From contig OY820905.2 in the NCBI GenBank assembly GCA_963555755.3, positions 2,272,001 to 2,336,000 of the forward strand: a DNA stretch of 64,000 bases, given 5' to 3'. Positions 30,628 through 40,367 of the stretch are shown one piece after another. Source of the DNA: Nitrospirales bacterium. Lineage in GTDB: Bacteria; Nitrospirota; Nitrospiria; Nitrospirales; UBA8639. Both the position numbers and the translations under genes were made by a program. Numbering within the stretch: the first letter of the stretch is position 1; every line of letters begins with the position of its first letter. The notes under the pieces were generated by a model. It was not told the origin of the DNA. It made no database searches and was given only the letters and a program-made list of their open reading frames with translations.

Positions 30628-31384
30628 GGTTCGAGGTATGGAAGGTGCCACTTCAATAGGAAAAGGCACTGCACAAAACTACGCAATCGTTTTTCGGCAG
30701 GATTTGCTACCAAGTTCTATTACTGACCCTCATTCAATCCCCGGGGTCTTCTAGCGTCGTGCAGTGAGGGCAATTCCGGAAGCATCGGCAATGCTGTTAC
30801 TCGGCACCAGCCTCGCAGAGATGGTGGTCTGGCGAAGGAAGCAAGAGGCGTAGTCGGAATCGCTTTTCAATACATCTTCCAGTGTAGTGATATCCGAGCC
30901 CTACACCATTGGGTGCTGGGCTTATTTTTTTTGAAAGATCCATCGATTGCCCATGTTGTGCGCGGCAAACCACTTGGCCCTTGAGAAAAAACTGTCATTC
31001 CCAACATCAGTTATCGGGAATCTAGGATGTGATTTTCATTTGGTTTGAAGTATTTTCCCTGCCCCCTCTCCAAAAAAAAATCAACGACTGGGGTCCTGCT
31101 TATAACCGCGGGTATACGTTGATGCATCCAAAAGGGAGTGTATTTCTAGCGGTTGAAAGATGAAAGACTCGCATCGTCTGTTGCATTGAGCGCGGTGGAA
31201 GGAATTTCGTTGCGCAGGGGCGAACCCCCGAATAAAACTTTTCTGCTACCGAGGAGCCGCTACTACCTAAAAGAGAGAAAATCTTTCTTCAGTTCCCTCT
31301 CTGCCAGACATCCTTGATTACAGGCCTGTCTGTACAGTAACGTGATCGTTCTTCGTAAGAAAAGCGAGTCACGAAACCTTGTTT

Positions 31385-31678
31385 TAGGAGCCTGTCCCAG
31401 ATTAGACAGATCTACTGCGGATGTGTTGGGTGTGGCCAGATCTTCCGATCCTTTTCGGGAAATGTTGAAAAAGGCCGCCAGCTGCGTTCTCGGGCTTTTG
31501 GCGTGCTCACGTACTCCGTGTACGCTCCGCGCGCCAAAAGCCCTGCGGCCTTGCTGGATGGCATTTTTGAACATTCCCCGTTTTCGTTGAATAGTCCCAC
31601 TATTCGCCTTAAACGATCGAAATATCTGACTCAAACCAACACATCCTCGTGACGATCGCTCATCTCGGACAGGCTCCG
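31385..31678. mobile_element. MITE C with a nested MITE A (31458-31579)
   Basis: Comparison with the empty C copy at 15319; near-TSD CTTTTCG/GTTTTCG. Confidence 0.75.
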
Positions 31679-31708
31679 AGACCAATATTTGAAAAGGAGC
31701 ACAGCGGA

Positions 31709-32884
31709 ATGAGTAGTTTTCCCATTACGTACGCCGAACGTATTAAAACCTTACCTCCATATTTGTTTGCGGCCATTGATGAAATGAAACAGCAAGCGGT
31801 GGCTCGTGGTGTGGACATCATTAATTTAGGAATCGGGGATCCTGATCTTCCCACGCCGGATCCGATTATTAAGAGGATGCAAGAGGCCGTGACGAATCCC
31901 CAGCATCATCAATACCCTTCTTCTAGCGGGATGTTGTCGTTTCGCACCGCAGTCGCCGACTGGTACACACGACGATTTAAGGTGACCGCCAACCCCAAAT
32001 CCGAAGTCGTCACCTTAATTGGTTCGAAAGAAGGCATTGGCCATGTGCCTATGGGCTTTATTGATCCGGGCGATGTGGTGCTCGTGCCTAGCCCCGGGTA
32101 TCCGGTGTATCCCGTGGCGGCCAGTTTCGCTGGCGGTACTGCGTTTGAGATGCCGCTTGTCAAACAAAACGGGTTTCTCCCGGATCTGGATGCCATCCCT
32201 AAAGATATCCTCCAAAAAGCGAAACTGATGTTTTTGAATTCCCCGAATAATCCCACATCGGTCATTGCGGACACGGCGTTTTTCAAACGCGTGATTGACT
32301 TTGCCAGAGAGCATCACATCATTGTGTGTCACGATGCGGCATACTCGGAAATTTTCTACGATGGGAAACGCCCGTCGAGTTTCTTGGAAGCGGAAGGCGC
32401 CATGGATGTCGGCATTGAATTTCATTCCTTATCCAAGACCTTTAATATGACGGGATGGCGGATTGGGTTTGCGGTCGGCCGTGGGGAAGTGATTGCGGGC
32501 TTGAGCCAAGTCAAAAGCAATTTGGATTCCGGTCAATTTCAAGCGATTCAAGAAGCCGGGATTGTGGCATTAGAATCTGACGATCAACTGACCAATGGAC
32601 TGCGGGCTATTTATCAGGAACGGCGTGATGTATTGGTGGCGGGATTAAGAAATCTTGGGCTGCAATTTGATACGCCCTCCGCGGCTTTCTATGTGTGGAT
32701 TGAGGTGCCCAAAGGATACACCTCTGCTTCCTTTACGGCACATTTATTAGAAAAGGCCGGAATCGTGACCACGCCAGGCAATGGCTTTGGCGCATCAGGT
32801 GAAGGCTACATTCGTATGACCATCACGACACCCAAAGATAGGCTGGCCGAAGCGGTCGATCGGATGAAAAAAATTGGATGGTAG
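31709..32884 (+). CDS. dapL: LL-diaminopimelate aminotransferase (class I PLP enzyme)
   Basis: LPPYLFA, LGIGDPD, GSKEG, PNNPT, HDAAYSE, SLSKTFNMTGWRIG; AGGAG RBS. Confidence 0.85.
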   Translation: MSSFPITYAERIKTLPPYLFAAIDEMKQQAVARGVDIINLGIGDPDLPTPDPIIKRMQEAVTNPQHHQYPSSSGMLSFRTAVADWYTRRFKVTANPKSEVVTLIGSKEGIGHVPMGFIDPGDVVLVPSPGYPVYPVAASFAGGTAFEMPLVKQNGFLPDLDAIPKDILQKAKLMFLNSPNNPTSVIADTAFFKRVIDFAREHHIIVCHDAAYSEIFYDGKRPSSFLEAEGAMDVGIEFHSLSKTFNMTGWRIGFAVGRGEVIAGLSQVKSNLDSGQFQAIQEAGIVALESDDQLTNGLRAIYQERRDVLVAGLRNLGLQFDTPSAAFYVWIEVPKGYTSASFTAHLLEKAGIVTTPGNGFGASGEGYIRMTITTPKDRLAEAVDRMKKIGW

Positions 32885-32957
32885 GAAAGAGAAAGGCCAA
32901 ATCCCCCAAACCCCCTTTGTCAAAGGGGGAACTTCTAAGAAAAATCTCAAAGAAATC

Positions 32958-33515
32958 ATGAGCACTGAAACCGTCTTTATTGCCTTTGGGTCGAACCAAG
33001 GAAACCGGCAAGACTTTTGTGATCGGGCCATTGCGCTCATGAAGCTTCTTCCTCAATCCCAGCTCACCGGTCTCTCTTCGTATTATGAGACAGAGCCCGT
33101 GGACATGGAAGGCGATCAGGACGACATGTGGTTTTATAATGGTGTCGTGCGAATTGACACTCAACTCCAACCCGAACACTTGTTGGCCATTTGCAAAGAA
33201 ACGGAACGCAGCCTTGGTCGTGATCCTCATGATCGAAATTGCCCTCGCACCATGGATTTAGACCTCTTATTTTATGGACAACGGGTCATCGATACCTCAC
33301 AGCTCACCATTCCACATCCCCACCTGCATCAACGTCGATTTGTCTTAATGCCGATGGCCGAACTTGACCCGGATTGGGTCCATCCTCAACTACACCAAAC
33401 TATTCAATCCTTGCTGGACAATCTCACGGATGTCCATCAGGTTCGAAAGTTGGACCTCGCTCCGGGGTCTCATTTCAACCCCCGACCATCGTGTTCTCCA
33501 CATCTTCCCACGTAA
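32958..33515 (+). CDS. folK: 6-hydroxymethyl-7,8-dihydropterin pyrophosphokinase
   Basis: FGSNQG, SSYYETEP, PRTMDLDLL, PHPHLHQRRFVL. Confidence 0.93.
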   Translation: MSTETVFIAFGSNQGNRQDFCDRAIALMKLLPQSQLTGLSSYYETEPVDMEGDQDDMWFYNGVVRIDTQLQPEHLLAICKETERSLGRDPHDRNCPRTMDLDLLFYGQRVIDTSQLTIPHPHLHQRRFVLMPMAELDPDWVHPQLHQTIQSLLDNLTDVHQVRKLDLAPGSHFNPRPSCSPHLPT

Positions 33516-34367
33516 ATGCGCACGATCCGAACAATTCAAGCCTTTCGAACCTGGCGACGCCGATACGATGTGCGCCAGACGTCAATCGGGTTTGTTCCGA
33601 CCATGGGAGCTATGCATGCTGGCCATCGGTCACTGATCCAACGTGCTCGTCGAACGTGTAACATAGTGGTGGTGAGCATCTTTGTGAATCCGCTCCAATT
33701 CGGCCCAACCGAGGATTACCGACGATACCCTCGAGACCTTTCCCGAGATCTCGCACTCTGTCGTGATAAAAATGTCGATGTCGTCCTCCTTCCCCAAGTA
33801 GAAGATCTGTTTCCTTCAGACTTTCAAACAACCGTCACCGTGAATGAACTTTCCCGACGATGGGAGGGGGAACATCGGCCCACTCATTTTCAAGGCGTGA
33901 CCACCATTGTGACCAAACTCTTGAACCTTGTTTGTCCGGCACGAACATTCCTTGGCCAAAAAGACTACCAACAATTTTTAGTAATCCAGCAATTGGTCAA
34001 AGACCTCGAATTGGACACACGCATAACCCTGTGCGCGACCGTTCGCGAATCCAATGGGTTAGCACTCAGTTCACGCAATCAGTACTTGACCGAAACGGAA
34101 CGCCAACAGGCTCTTCTCGTATATCAAGCTCTGTCGGCTGGTAAACACGCCATCGCCCAAGGTGTACGCCACTCACATGTGGTGGAAAAGAACATGGCCA
34201 AGATCATCAACAAAGAGCCACATAGCCTAATCGATTACTTGGCATGTTGTGATGCTCGAACCCTTGAACCGCTCACGCGTCTTCGGGATAAAGTGGTCTT
34301 ATTGGGAGCGGTTCGGATTGGGTCAATTCGATTAATCGATAATCTGATCGTTCAGATTCGAGAATAA
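33516..34367 (+). CDS. panC: Pantoate-beta-alanine ligase
   Basis: FVPTMGAMHAGH, SIFVNPLQF, HFQGV, GQKDYQQ, GLALSSRN, RLIDN. Confidence 0.95.
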   Translation: MRTIRTIQAFRTWRRRYDVRQTSIGFVPTMGAMHAGHRSLIQRARRTCNIVVVSIFVNPLQFGPTEDYRRYPRDLSRDLALCRDKNVDVVLLPQVEDLFPSDFQTTVTVNELSRRWEGEHRPTHFQGVTTIVTKLLNLVCPARTFLGQKDYQQFLVIQQLVKDLELDTRITLCATVRESNGLALSSRNQYLTETERQQALLVYQALSAGKHAIAQGVRHSHVVEKNMAKIINKEPHSLIDYLACCDARTLEPLTRLRDKVVLLGAVRIGSIRLIDNLIVQIRE

Positions 34368-34435
34368 CCACCACGGGATGTTGTGAACCTAGAAATGGCA
34401 GTTGGGCGCCCAACGGCCGTTTCTAGGTTGAAAGA

Positions 34436-35356
34436 TCAATCAGACTTGGCAGATTGGGCAGACTTGGCAGACTTAGCAGACTGGTCAGATTTGGCACAAC
34501 GAAATCCCACGTTAGGTGAACGCGTAGACGGTAGGGCGCCATTGCGTGTGGCGGTCCGAAGAAGTTGAGGGCGGCTTCGCCACGACCCGCCGCGCACACT
34601 TTTATACCGCCCCACCTCGGAACCTGGAGGGTTCCGTTCAGGCATCCGAGGATAATAATCTTGTCCGAACCAATCATTCACCCACTCCCGCACATTGCCA
34701 GCCATATGACTGAGTCCGTAGGGACTTCGCCCTTCTTCAAAACTGTCAACCGCCGCAACAAGTGGGATTTGATGAACATGGTAGAGGCCCGAGACCGCGA
34801 GATCCGGATCTGGAGCTTTGCTACCCCAGGGAAATAAACTTCCATCCGTTCCGCGTGCCGCTTTTTCCCATTCCGCTTCCGTTGGAAGCCTTTTTTTATG
34901 GACACGGCAAAACCTAACGGCCTCCTCCCAATCCATAAACATGGCCGGCCATCGCGCCATGACATAATCCGGAAGAACATGCACATCGATCAGATGCCAA
35001 ATAAGGTGACGGAGTTTGTGCGGAACAGGGAGCTCTTGTTGGTGTAGAAAGGCCAAATACTCTGCCATGCTCACTTCATCGCGATCGATAGAAAATGTAT
35101 CCAGCCAGATTCGTCGTTGCGGAAACTCCGTGTCGTCGTACTGCGTTTCCAATCCAAACGGATCATCATCTTTCCGGATCGTCCCCATCAGAAACCAGCC
35201 TTCGGGAATGTCGATTATCGGAGAAGGCTGAGCAAGCTTGGCAATTTCTTGAAGATGGCCTTTTAACTCTGGAGGCGGATCAGCTTCAACCTTGAGCGCA
35301 AAAGAAATAAAAGGATTCGCCAGAAATAGCACCCACACGATAACTTGAATTCCCAT
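34436..35356 (-). CDS. Formylglycine-generating enzyme family (SUMF1/FGE-sulfatase domain) protein, 5' end overlapped by IS30
   Basis: RLPTEAEWEKAARG, MAGNVREWV, RGGSW, GFRCA; the available ATG lies inside the IS30 left IR. Confidence 0.85.
   Translation of the reverse strand: MGIQVIVWVLFLANPFISFALKVEADPPPELKGHLQEIAKLAQPSPIIDIPEGWFLMGTIRKDDDPFGLETQYDDTEFPQRRIWLDTFSIDRDEVSMAEYLAFLHQQELPVPHKLRHLIWHLIDVHVLPDYVMARWPAMFMDWEEAVRFCRVHKKRLPTEAEWEKAARGTDGSLFPWGSKAPDPDLAVSGLYHVHQIPLVAAVDSFEEGRSPYGLSHMAGNVREWVNDWFGQDYYPRMPERNPPGSEVGRYKSVRGGSWRSRPQLLRTATRNGALPSTRSPNVGFRCAKSDQSAKSAKSAQSAKSD
34440..34497. repeat. Nonamer tandem repeat (CAGACTTGG-like, ~6 units)
   Basis: Encodes the C-terminal tail KSDQSAKSAKSAQSAKSD. 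Confidence 0.8.
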
Positions 35357-36432
35357 AATAAGTGCACCACCTTCACGGTTGGCTAGCTGGTATATTCTCT
35401 GGCCGACCAAAGGAGGCGGTCCCAAGATGACACAACGTTATACTCAGCTGACCGAACCTGAGCGCTACCACTTGTACACGATGCGAAAGCCAACCACACC
35501 CTTTCGAGAGATTGCGAAGGGAATGGGGCGATCCCACACCACCCTGAGTCGGGAGGAAACGCGGAATACCGGCCAGCGGGGCTATCGCGACCAACAAGCC
35601 CAGCAGAAGGCGGGCCAGCGACACACGGACAAGCCCAAAGCCGTGAAGCTGACGGAGTCGGTGCTGGCGTATAGTCACGAGAAACTTCACGCCTGGTGGA
35701 GTCCAGAGCAAATATGTGGACGCGTGGGGCTCGAGCAGGGCGTCTCGTTACGCCCAGAAACGATCTATCGCGTGGGGCTGAAAGACCCGCAGCAAGGCGG
35801 GCAACTCTATCGGCACGTGCGCCACCACGCCACGCCGTACCGCAAGCGCTATGGCCGCAAGGAATATCGGGGACGCATCCCGGGCCGAGTCGATATTGCC
35901 GAGCGTCCGACCGTCGGGGACACCCAAGCACGGGTCGGCGATTGGGAAGCCGATTTAGTGATCGGCCGCGGGCATAACGGGGCCATCGTGACGCTGGCCG
36001 AGCGACGGTCTCGGCTCTATCTGGCGCTGCCGAGCGTGCGCAAAACCGCGGACTGGACCACACGGGCGATCCCCTCACTGTTCGCGGCGTTTAAGGACTG
36101 GACCCCCACCATCACCTCTGACAATGGCCGAGAGTTCAACGGCCACGCCACCATTGCCAAGGCCTTGGACTGCCAGGGCTTCGTTGCTCGCCCGTACCAC
36201 AGGTGGGAGCGAGGCTTACACGAGAATAGCAACGGGCGGCTCCGACAGTATTTTCCCAAGGAGATGCCACTCGACACGGTGTCCACGGAAGCGGTCACTG
36301 CCGCCGTGGAGGCCATGAATCATCGACCCCGGAAATGCTTGGGGTTTTAAACGCCTTGGGACGTGTTCTCGCGACTCACTCAATCAAATATTCAATTGAA
36401 AACCTGTGGTGCACTTATGGGTTGAATTCGCC
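35344..36432 (+). mobile_element. IS30-family element, mutated (transposase 35427-36350, premature stop)
   Basis: IRs GAATTC...ATAAGTGCACCAC / GTGGTGCACTTAT...GAATTC; WSPEQI, GDWEADLV, DNGREF, WERG, RQYFPK, NHRPRKCLGF. Confidence 0.9.
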
Positions 36433-36531
36433 GATTTAAACAATCGACACTATTTGGTTTTTTAATTTAAGGAACTTTTGGTCTCATAATTATTAGTTTT
36501 CGGCCGCCGGTTCGATTTCTACCGGGCCCGA

Positions 36532-36929
36532 TTACTGGAATTGTCTTTTGCGGTTGGCCTTCTGGAGCAATTGTTTCATTTCCTTGATTTGAAGAGGCGT
36601 CTCATTAATCTGGATAATTCCTTCCGGTTGGAACTGAAAGGTGTATCCATAAAGGTGCGCATCGCCTTTCGGCAATACAATGTCCTGTCCCAGGCCTTCC
36701 AGAAGGAGGAGGAAGGGAATGCCTGGTATCAATTTCGGTTGGGTGTGGCGGGCATCGAGCAGGGTCAGCAAAAGCGGACCAATTCCATGAATCTCGCTTG
36801 TCACCTGTCCATGGATGGGGATTTGAGCTTCGGGGTCCGAGAGCTGTAATTGGCCACGAATCTTGATGTGGCTGTTCGGGTTTGAGGCGGTTAGGGTATC
36901 CAACTCCAAACGTGGTGCGGCGCGATAAA
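36532..36929 (-). pseudogene. C-terminal part of the gene interrupted by IS1595 (continues 38817-40358)
   Basis: Removing the IS, the 884-bp duplication and one TSD copy restores ...KEI-IYRAAPRLELDTLTASNP... in frame. Confidence 0.8.
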
Positions 36930-36937
36930 TAATTTCT

Positions 36938-37949
36938 TATGCCTTCCCATTTAACTAAGGTTGCTTCAGTTTATTGAATCCCAAGGGTTTTGAGCTGCTG
37001 GTCAGGATTTTCAACAAACTCTGGAAGGTACTCATTGGAGTCTCACGGCGGTTATAGCGAAAGACAAACTCATCAAGATAGTGTTGCAGGTATTTTGAAT
37101 CCACTCCATGGTGAATCCCGTTCAGCCAGGTCTGCAGATTGCCGAACGCTCTATGGATGTGTGGAGCGTGCTTCCCAGCACTTGCTGGGTCACCCTGGGT
37201 CCGTCTCAGGTGTTCGTATCCTGCCAAGGCTTTTGCCGAGTATCCCTTCCAACCATCGGACTTGATCTTACTGCCCTCAGCGACATGGCTATTGAGGAAT
37301 GCTTTGATCTCGTTCTCTCCAGCGTCTTGAAGAATCGCTAATCGTAAACGCCCTGCTTTCTCTCGAAAGTGATCCCCTTGTGTGTACGTGACAATTTCTA
37401 CGGCTCCGGCTATTAACGTCTTGGTTTTCGCTTTCGCGACGCCACGGCCCGTTTTGCCTTTTACCGGTCCACCGATATGGGTTTCATCGGCTTCAACTGT
37501 TCCTGCGAGCCGTTCACGGTTCTGTCGTACCATTCCTCGTCGCAATCTGTGGAGCAAATACCAGGCGCTATCCACCTTCTTGATACTGAGTTGACGCTGC
37601 AATTGCACAGCACTGATGCCAGGTGTGTGCGTGGAGACGAAATAGGCAGCCCAAAACCAAAGCCGTAGCGGCAAGTGCGATCTATGCATCACTGTGCCGC
37701 TTAGCGGTGATGTCTGTCTATGACACGACGAACACTCAAACCGGAAATATTTTTTGAGCCACCAACCACCGCGATGACCGCAAGCTGGACACATAAACCC
37801 GTCTGGCCACCGAATCGCCCGCAAGTACTCGAAGCACGCTTCTTCGGTGTGGAACCTAACAGAAAAATCCAAGATATCAGCAGCATACCCTGTGTCCATA
37901 GTCCAGCAGACTAGTCTAGGGACTAACCTTAGTCAAATGGGAAGGCATA
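36938..37949 (-). mobile_element. IS1595-family element, apparently intact (transposase 37899-36955)
   Basis: 23-bp IRs TATGCCTTCCCATTT(A/G)ACTAAGG; 8-bp TSD TAATTTCT; VEADET, SDG, LDEFVFRYNRR. Confidence 0.93.
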
Positions 37950-38004
37950 TAATTTCTTTTGTACGGCTATCCACTGGTTCGACCGGACCGGAGGAAACCC
38001 CTTC

Positions 38005-38889
38005 TTCAGCCAGGTCTGCAGATTGCCGAACGCTCTATGGATGTGTGGAGCGTGCTTCCCAGCACTTGCTGGGTCACCCTGGGTCCGTCTCAGGTGTTCG
38101 TATCCTGCCAAGGCTTTTGCCGAGTATCCCTTCCAACCATCGGACTTGATCTTACTGCCCTCAGCGACATGGCTATTGAGGAATGCTTTGATCTCGTTCT
38201 CTCCAGCGTCTTGAAGAATCGCTAATCGTAAACGCCCTGCTTTCTCTCGAAAGTGATCCCCTTGTGTGTACGTGACAATTTCTACGGCTCCGGCTATTAA
38301 CGTCTTGGTTTTCGCTTTCGCGACGCCACGGCCCGTTTTGCCTTTTACCGGTCCACCGATATGGGTTTCATCGGCTTCAACTGTTCCTGCGAGCCGTTCA
38401 CGGTTCTGTCGTACCATTCCTCGTCGCAATCTGTGGAGCAAATACCAGGCGCTATCCACCTTCTTGATACTGAGTTGACGCTGCAATTGCACAGCACTGA
38501 TGCCAGGTGTGTGCGTGGAGACGAAATAGGCAGCCCAAAACCAAAGCCGTAGCGGCAAGTGCGATCTATGCATCACTGTGCCGCTTAGCGGTGATGTCTG
38601 TCTATGACACGACGAACACTCAAACCGGAAATATTTTTTGAGCCACCAACCACCGCGATGACCGCAAGCTGGACACATAAACCCGTCTGGCCACCGAATC
38701 GCCCGCAAGTACTCGAAGCACGCTTCTTCGGTGTGGAACCTAACAGAAAAATCCAAGATATCAGCAGCATACCCTGTGTCCATAGTCCAGCAGACTAGTC
38801 TAGGGACTAACCTTAGTCAAATGGGAAGGCATATAATTTCTTTTGTACGGCTATCCACTGGTTCGACCGGACCGGAGGAAACCCCTTCT
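38005..38889. repeat. Second unit of an apparently exact 884-bp tandem duplication (partial IS1595 plus 56 bp of flank)
   Basis: 37121-38005 matches 38005-38889; the ORFs repeat with an offset of 884. Confidence 0.9.
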
Positions 38890-40358
38890 GGAGAGGCTGC
38901 CAACACAGTATTCAGTAATTCGATGATTGGGAGGGAGGACACCGTGAGGTCCAGCTCTGCTTCGGTTGGTAATAAGTCGGGTGGTACGCCTTGGTGAATG
39001 ACCCTCAGTCCTGCCACTTTGAACCCTAACTGGATAAACCCCATAGCAGCGAGGGCATCTAGCTCAGTGCGTATGGTTAAAGTATCGTAAGACCAGATTT
39101 GCTTTTCTCCCCGGGGCAGGGAGAACTCTGTCATCATAGTCCAATCCTGATCGTTGGAGGATGTCTTCTCGTCGAAGCGAGGTGCTGGCATGGGACGAGA
39201 TTCGGCATGATCAATGTCTAGTAGGTCATTCTGACGAGCAGACTGTGGAACCTCCACATTGGTCATTCGGCTGCTCTCGTCTTGGAGTGGCGCTTCATCT
39301 ACGAACTTCCTCTCGTCATTTTTTGTGGCACTGCTCTTCTCAAGCCGCGGTACAAGCATGGCCGCGGGGGCTGCTGACTTCCTATCAGACATAGTTCTTG
39401 GATCAGTGGATGTCCATTGGTCTGACTGGATGACTTTCACGTACCGCATGTCCTCAGTGGCAATATCCAGAACGGCATGTCCCCATGGTCCGATATGATT
39501 CTTTTTATTGGCGGTGGTCGAGTCGTGACCAACAAAGAACTGGGTCCACGTGGAAACACTCACGTCACGAGTCTGTACGCCTATGGCGAGAGAGCCGATT
39601 TCTACATAGACAGATTCGGCACCTTTGACTCCAACCACTAGGTTGCTGAGGCTGAGAGAACTACTCCCTGTCCATACATGTGTTTCATCAGGAGTGTCCG
39701 ATACCTCGAAGGTGATCGTGGCCTGATCAAATTCCATTCCTTCGCCATCCCGTTCACGTAGTTTAAAAGAAAGTCCTTCACCGTGGCCGAAGATGTGAGT
39801 CAACCTCTCCAAGTTTGTTTGCCATCGTCCTCCCAGTTGAAGAGTGTGAATATTGACCTCGGTTTTCATTTCGAGTGTTTCACTGGTCAGGCGAGCTCCA
39901 TTGAGTATACGGATCTGGATATCAAAGTTCTTAGGGGCACTAGGTGTTACCGCCACCTCGACGTTTCCAAGCATTGCCATGGTGCCGTTTTTCCATGCAA
40001 CCTGTGCATTGGGAAATGTCACGATAACCGTCGTGTCTTGCTGTATTGCCGTGATGGGTGAGGCCACGCTGATGAATGGTTGGTCAGGCATCTCACGGGT
40101 ATGGGTCTGGATAAACTGAATGATGTGCTTGGTTACCTGAGCCTCTTGGGAGCCAGCGGGGAGTGGGGCTACGGGCAGGTGATGATTGCTCGAGGATTGG
40201 TTGGCGGTCACCGCCCACGGACTGACCCACAGGATGGCAACTGTTGAAACTATGAACAGATTAACAATGAGGCCCCTTGCTCGCGCAGGCCGGGGATCGA
40301 GGATCAGAGATTCACGATGGGCCAAACGGGAGGGAGGTGTGACATGGTTCAGGCTCAT
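38817..40358 (-). pseudogene. Secreted or membrane-anchored hypothetical protein (possibly DUF2125/YdgA-like), IS-disrupted; ~640 aa when restored
   Basis: N-terminal hydrophobic segment, beta-rich body; reading frame broken at the IS1595 target site. Confidence 0.7.
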
Positions 40359-40367
40359 GGCATCATC

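Noticed and set aside
30730..30932. Possible riboswitch or ncRNA
   Set aside because: Some hairpins and a T-tract, but no family consensus that I can recognise; needs an Rfam search.
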